Assembly: GCA_041687695.1 (NCBI GenBank)
Contig: JAWLBL010000012.1
Coordinates: 156,324-176,547, forward strand
Reading direction: 5' to 3'
From: Myxococcota bacterium
Lineage (GTDB): Bacteria > Myxococcota_A > UBA9042 > PHBI01 > JAWLBL01
Length of the DNA: 20,224 nucleotides
A program made the translations under genes and the position numbers. Under the pieces are notes generated by a model. The model was not told the DNA's origin and did not search any database. It saw only the letters and a list, made by a program, of their open reading frames with translations. How positions within the stretch are numbered: position 1 is the stretch's first letter; each line of letters begins with the position of its first letter. This document shows positions 18,990 to 20,224 of the stretch, in pieces.

Positions 18990-18999
18990 CTAGTGAGGC

Positions 19000-20224
19000 G
19001 CCGTCGCGTTTCCGCGGAAACGTTCCTCGACCGAGGCGACCTCGGTCGACGAGATCTCGCGGGCAGGAAGGGCGCGTGGAAAGCGCCTGTCAGGCGTCCA
19101 GTGCGCGGGAAGGGCCTTGTGAGGTGCCGTGGCGCTACCGCGGAAACGTTCAGCCACGGAGGCGACCTGGGGTGCCGAGGGACTTGCGCGCCCAATAGAC
19201 GCGCCGCGGTCGCGTTGCAGATCCCGGGGGCGCGCGGAGGGCCTCTCGAGGTGCCGTGGCGTTACCGCGGAAACGTTCAGCCACGGAGGCGACCTGGGGC
19301 GACGCGAGCGAGCGGGCAGCGGTGGCGCGTGGAGGGCGCGTGGCAGGACCCCGGGACGGCGCGGAGGGCCTCGTGAGGTGCCATGGCATTACCGAGGAAA
19401 CGTTCAGCCACGGAGGTGACCTGTGGTGCCGAGGGACTTGCGATCGGGCGCGGCGAGCCCCAGCAGGTCGCCGCGACACGCGAAGGGCTGCGTCACGTGC
19501 CGTGGCGTTTCCGCGGAAACGTTCAGCCACGGAGACGACGTCTGGTGACGTGGCCCTTGCGCGCCCAGCAGGAGCGCCGAGGGCGCGTGGCAGGACCCCC
19601 GGGCGCGCGGAGGGCCTCTCGAGGTGCCGTGGCGTTGCCGCGGAAACGTTCAGCCACGGAGGTGACCTGTGGTGCCGAGGGGCTTGCGATCGGGCGCGGC
19701 GAGCCCCAGCAGGTCGCCGCGACACGCGAAGGGCTGCGTCACGTGCCGTGGCGTTTCCGCGGAAACGTTCACCACGGAGACGACGTCTGGTGACGTGGCC
19801 CTTGCGCGCCCAGCAGGAGCGCCGAGGGCGCGTGGCAGGACCCCGGGGCGCGCGGAGGGCCTCTCGAGGTGCCGTGGCGTTGCCGCGGAAACGTTCACCA
19901 CGGAGACGACGTCTGGTGACGTGGGACTTGCGCGCCCAGCAGGAGCGCCGAGGGCGCGTGGCAGGACCCCGGGGCGCGCGGAGGGCCTCTCGAGGTGCCG
20001 TGGCGTTGCCGCGGAAACGTTCACCACGGAGACGACGTCTGGTGACGTGGGACTTGCGCGCCCAGCAGGAGCGCCGAGGGCGCGTGGCAGGACCCCGGGG
20101 CGCGCGGAGGGCCTCGTGAGGTGCCGTGGCGTTACCGCGGAAACGTTCAGCCACGGAGACGACGTCTGGTGACGCGAACGAGCGGGCAGCGGTGGCGCGT
20201 GGAGGGCGCGTGGCAGGTCCCCGG
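19000..20224. repeat. Mosaic tandem array of at least 10 units of 119-127 bp, each with a hairpin around the palindromic core CGTT(T/A/G)CCGCGGAAACG; continues past the window end
   Basis: Cores start at 19007, 19133, 19260, 19387, 19506, 19633, 19752, 19878, 20004 and 20130 (spacings 126, 127, 127, 119, 127, 119, 126, 126, 126). Most units carry gtgCCGTGGc-core-ttca(g)CCACGGag; unit 1 is more diverged. Confidence 0.95.

Noticed and set aside
19007..20145. Canonical parS cluster
   Set aside because: The central four bases are CGCG, not the ACGT of parS, and no parAB or oriC genes are in the window. Kept only as a resemblance.
18980..20172. ORFs across the right array (e.g. 19150..20154, 19256..20119)
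   Set aside because: Repetitive Arg/Ala/Pro-rich translations on both strands, frames shifting with 119/127-bp units, and no RBS or codon bias.
19000..20224. CRISPR array
   Set aside because: The putative spacers are ~80 bp, related to or duplicates of each other, the repeats are degenerate, and no cas genes are in the window.

Overview
This is a very GC-rich bacterial window. MYXO-CTERM-like tails, Cys-rich lipoproteins and Myxococcus-type LexA boxes suggest Myxococcota or a related deltaproteobacterial lineage (inference). Left to right it holds: a 54-bp tandem array; a complete minus-strand Mrp Na+/H+ antiporter operon in the permuted order F-G-A-B-C-D-E; a DUF692/MNIO-like oxidative enzyme coupled to a Cys-rich lipoprotein; three plus-strand exported proteins, two of them tandem paralogs; a probable gene remnant; and a minus-strand run of TSP3-repeat lipoprotein, eukaryote-like PRMT, beta-barrel-like protein, EEP lipoprotein and DUF222-HNH nuclease. 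The HNH gene has a TTGACA-N17-CACGGT promoter overlapped by two LexA-like boxes. Upstream of it lie a 164-bp fold-back MITE with a CTAG duplication and a ~126-bp-unit mosaic array running off the window. The strongest signal is that both arrays, ~19 kb apart with different unit lengths, share one 16-bp palindromic core (CGTTTCCGCGGAAACG). This core resembles parS/NBS sites, and the adjacent DUF222-HNH protein carries a ParB-like HTH segment. All product calls come from motif recognition by eye; no database searches were run.
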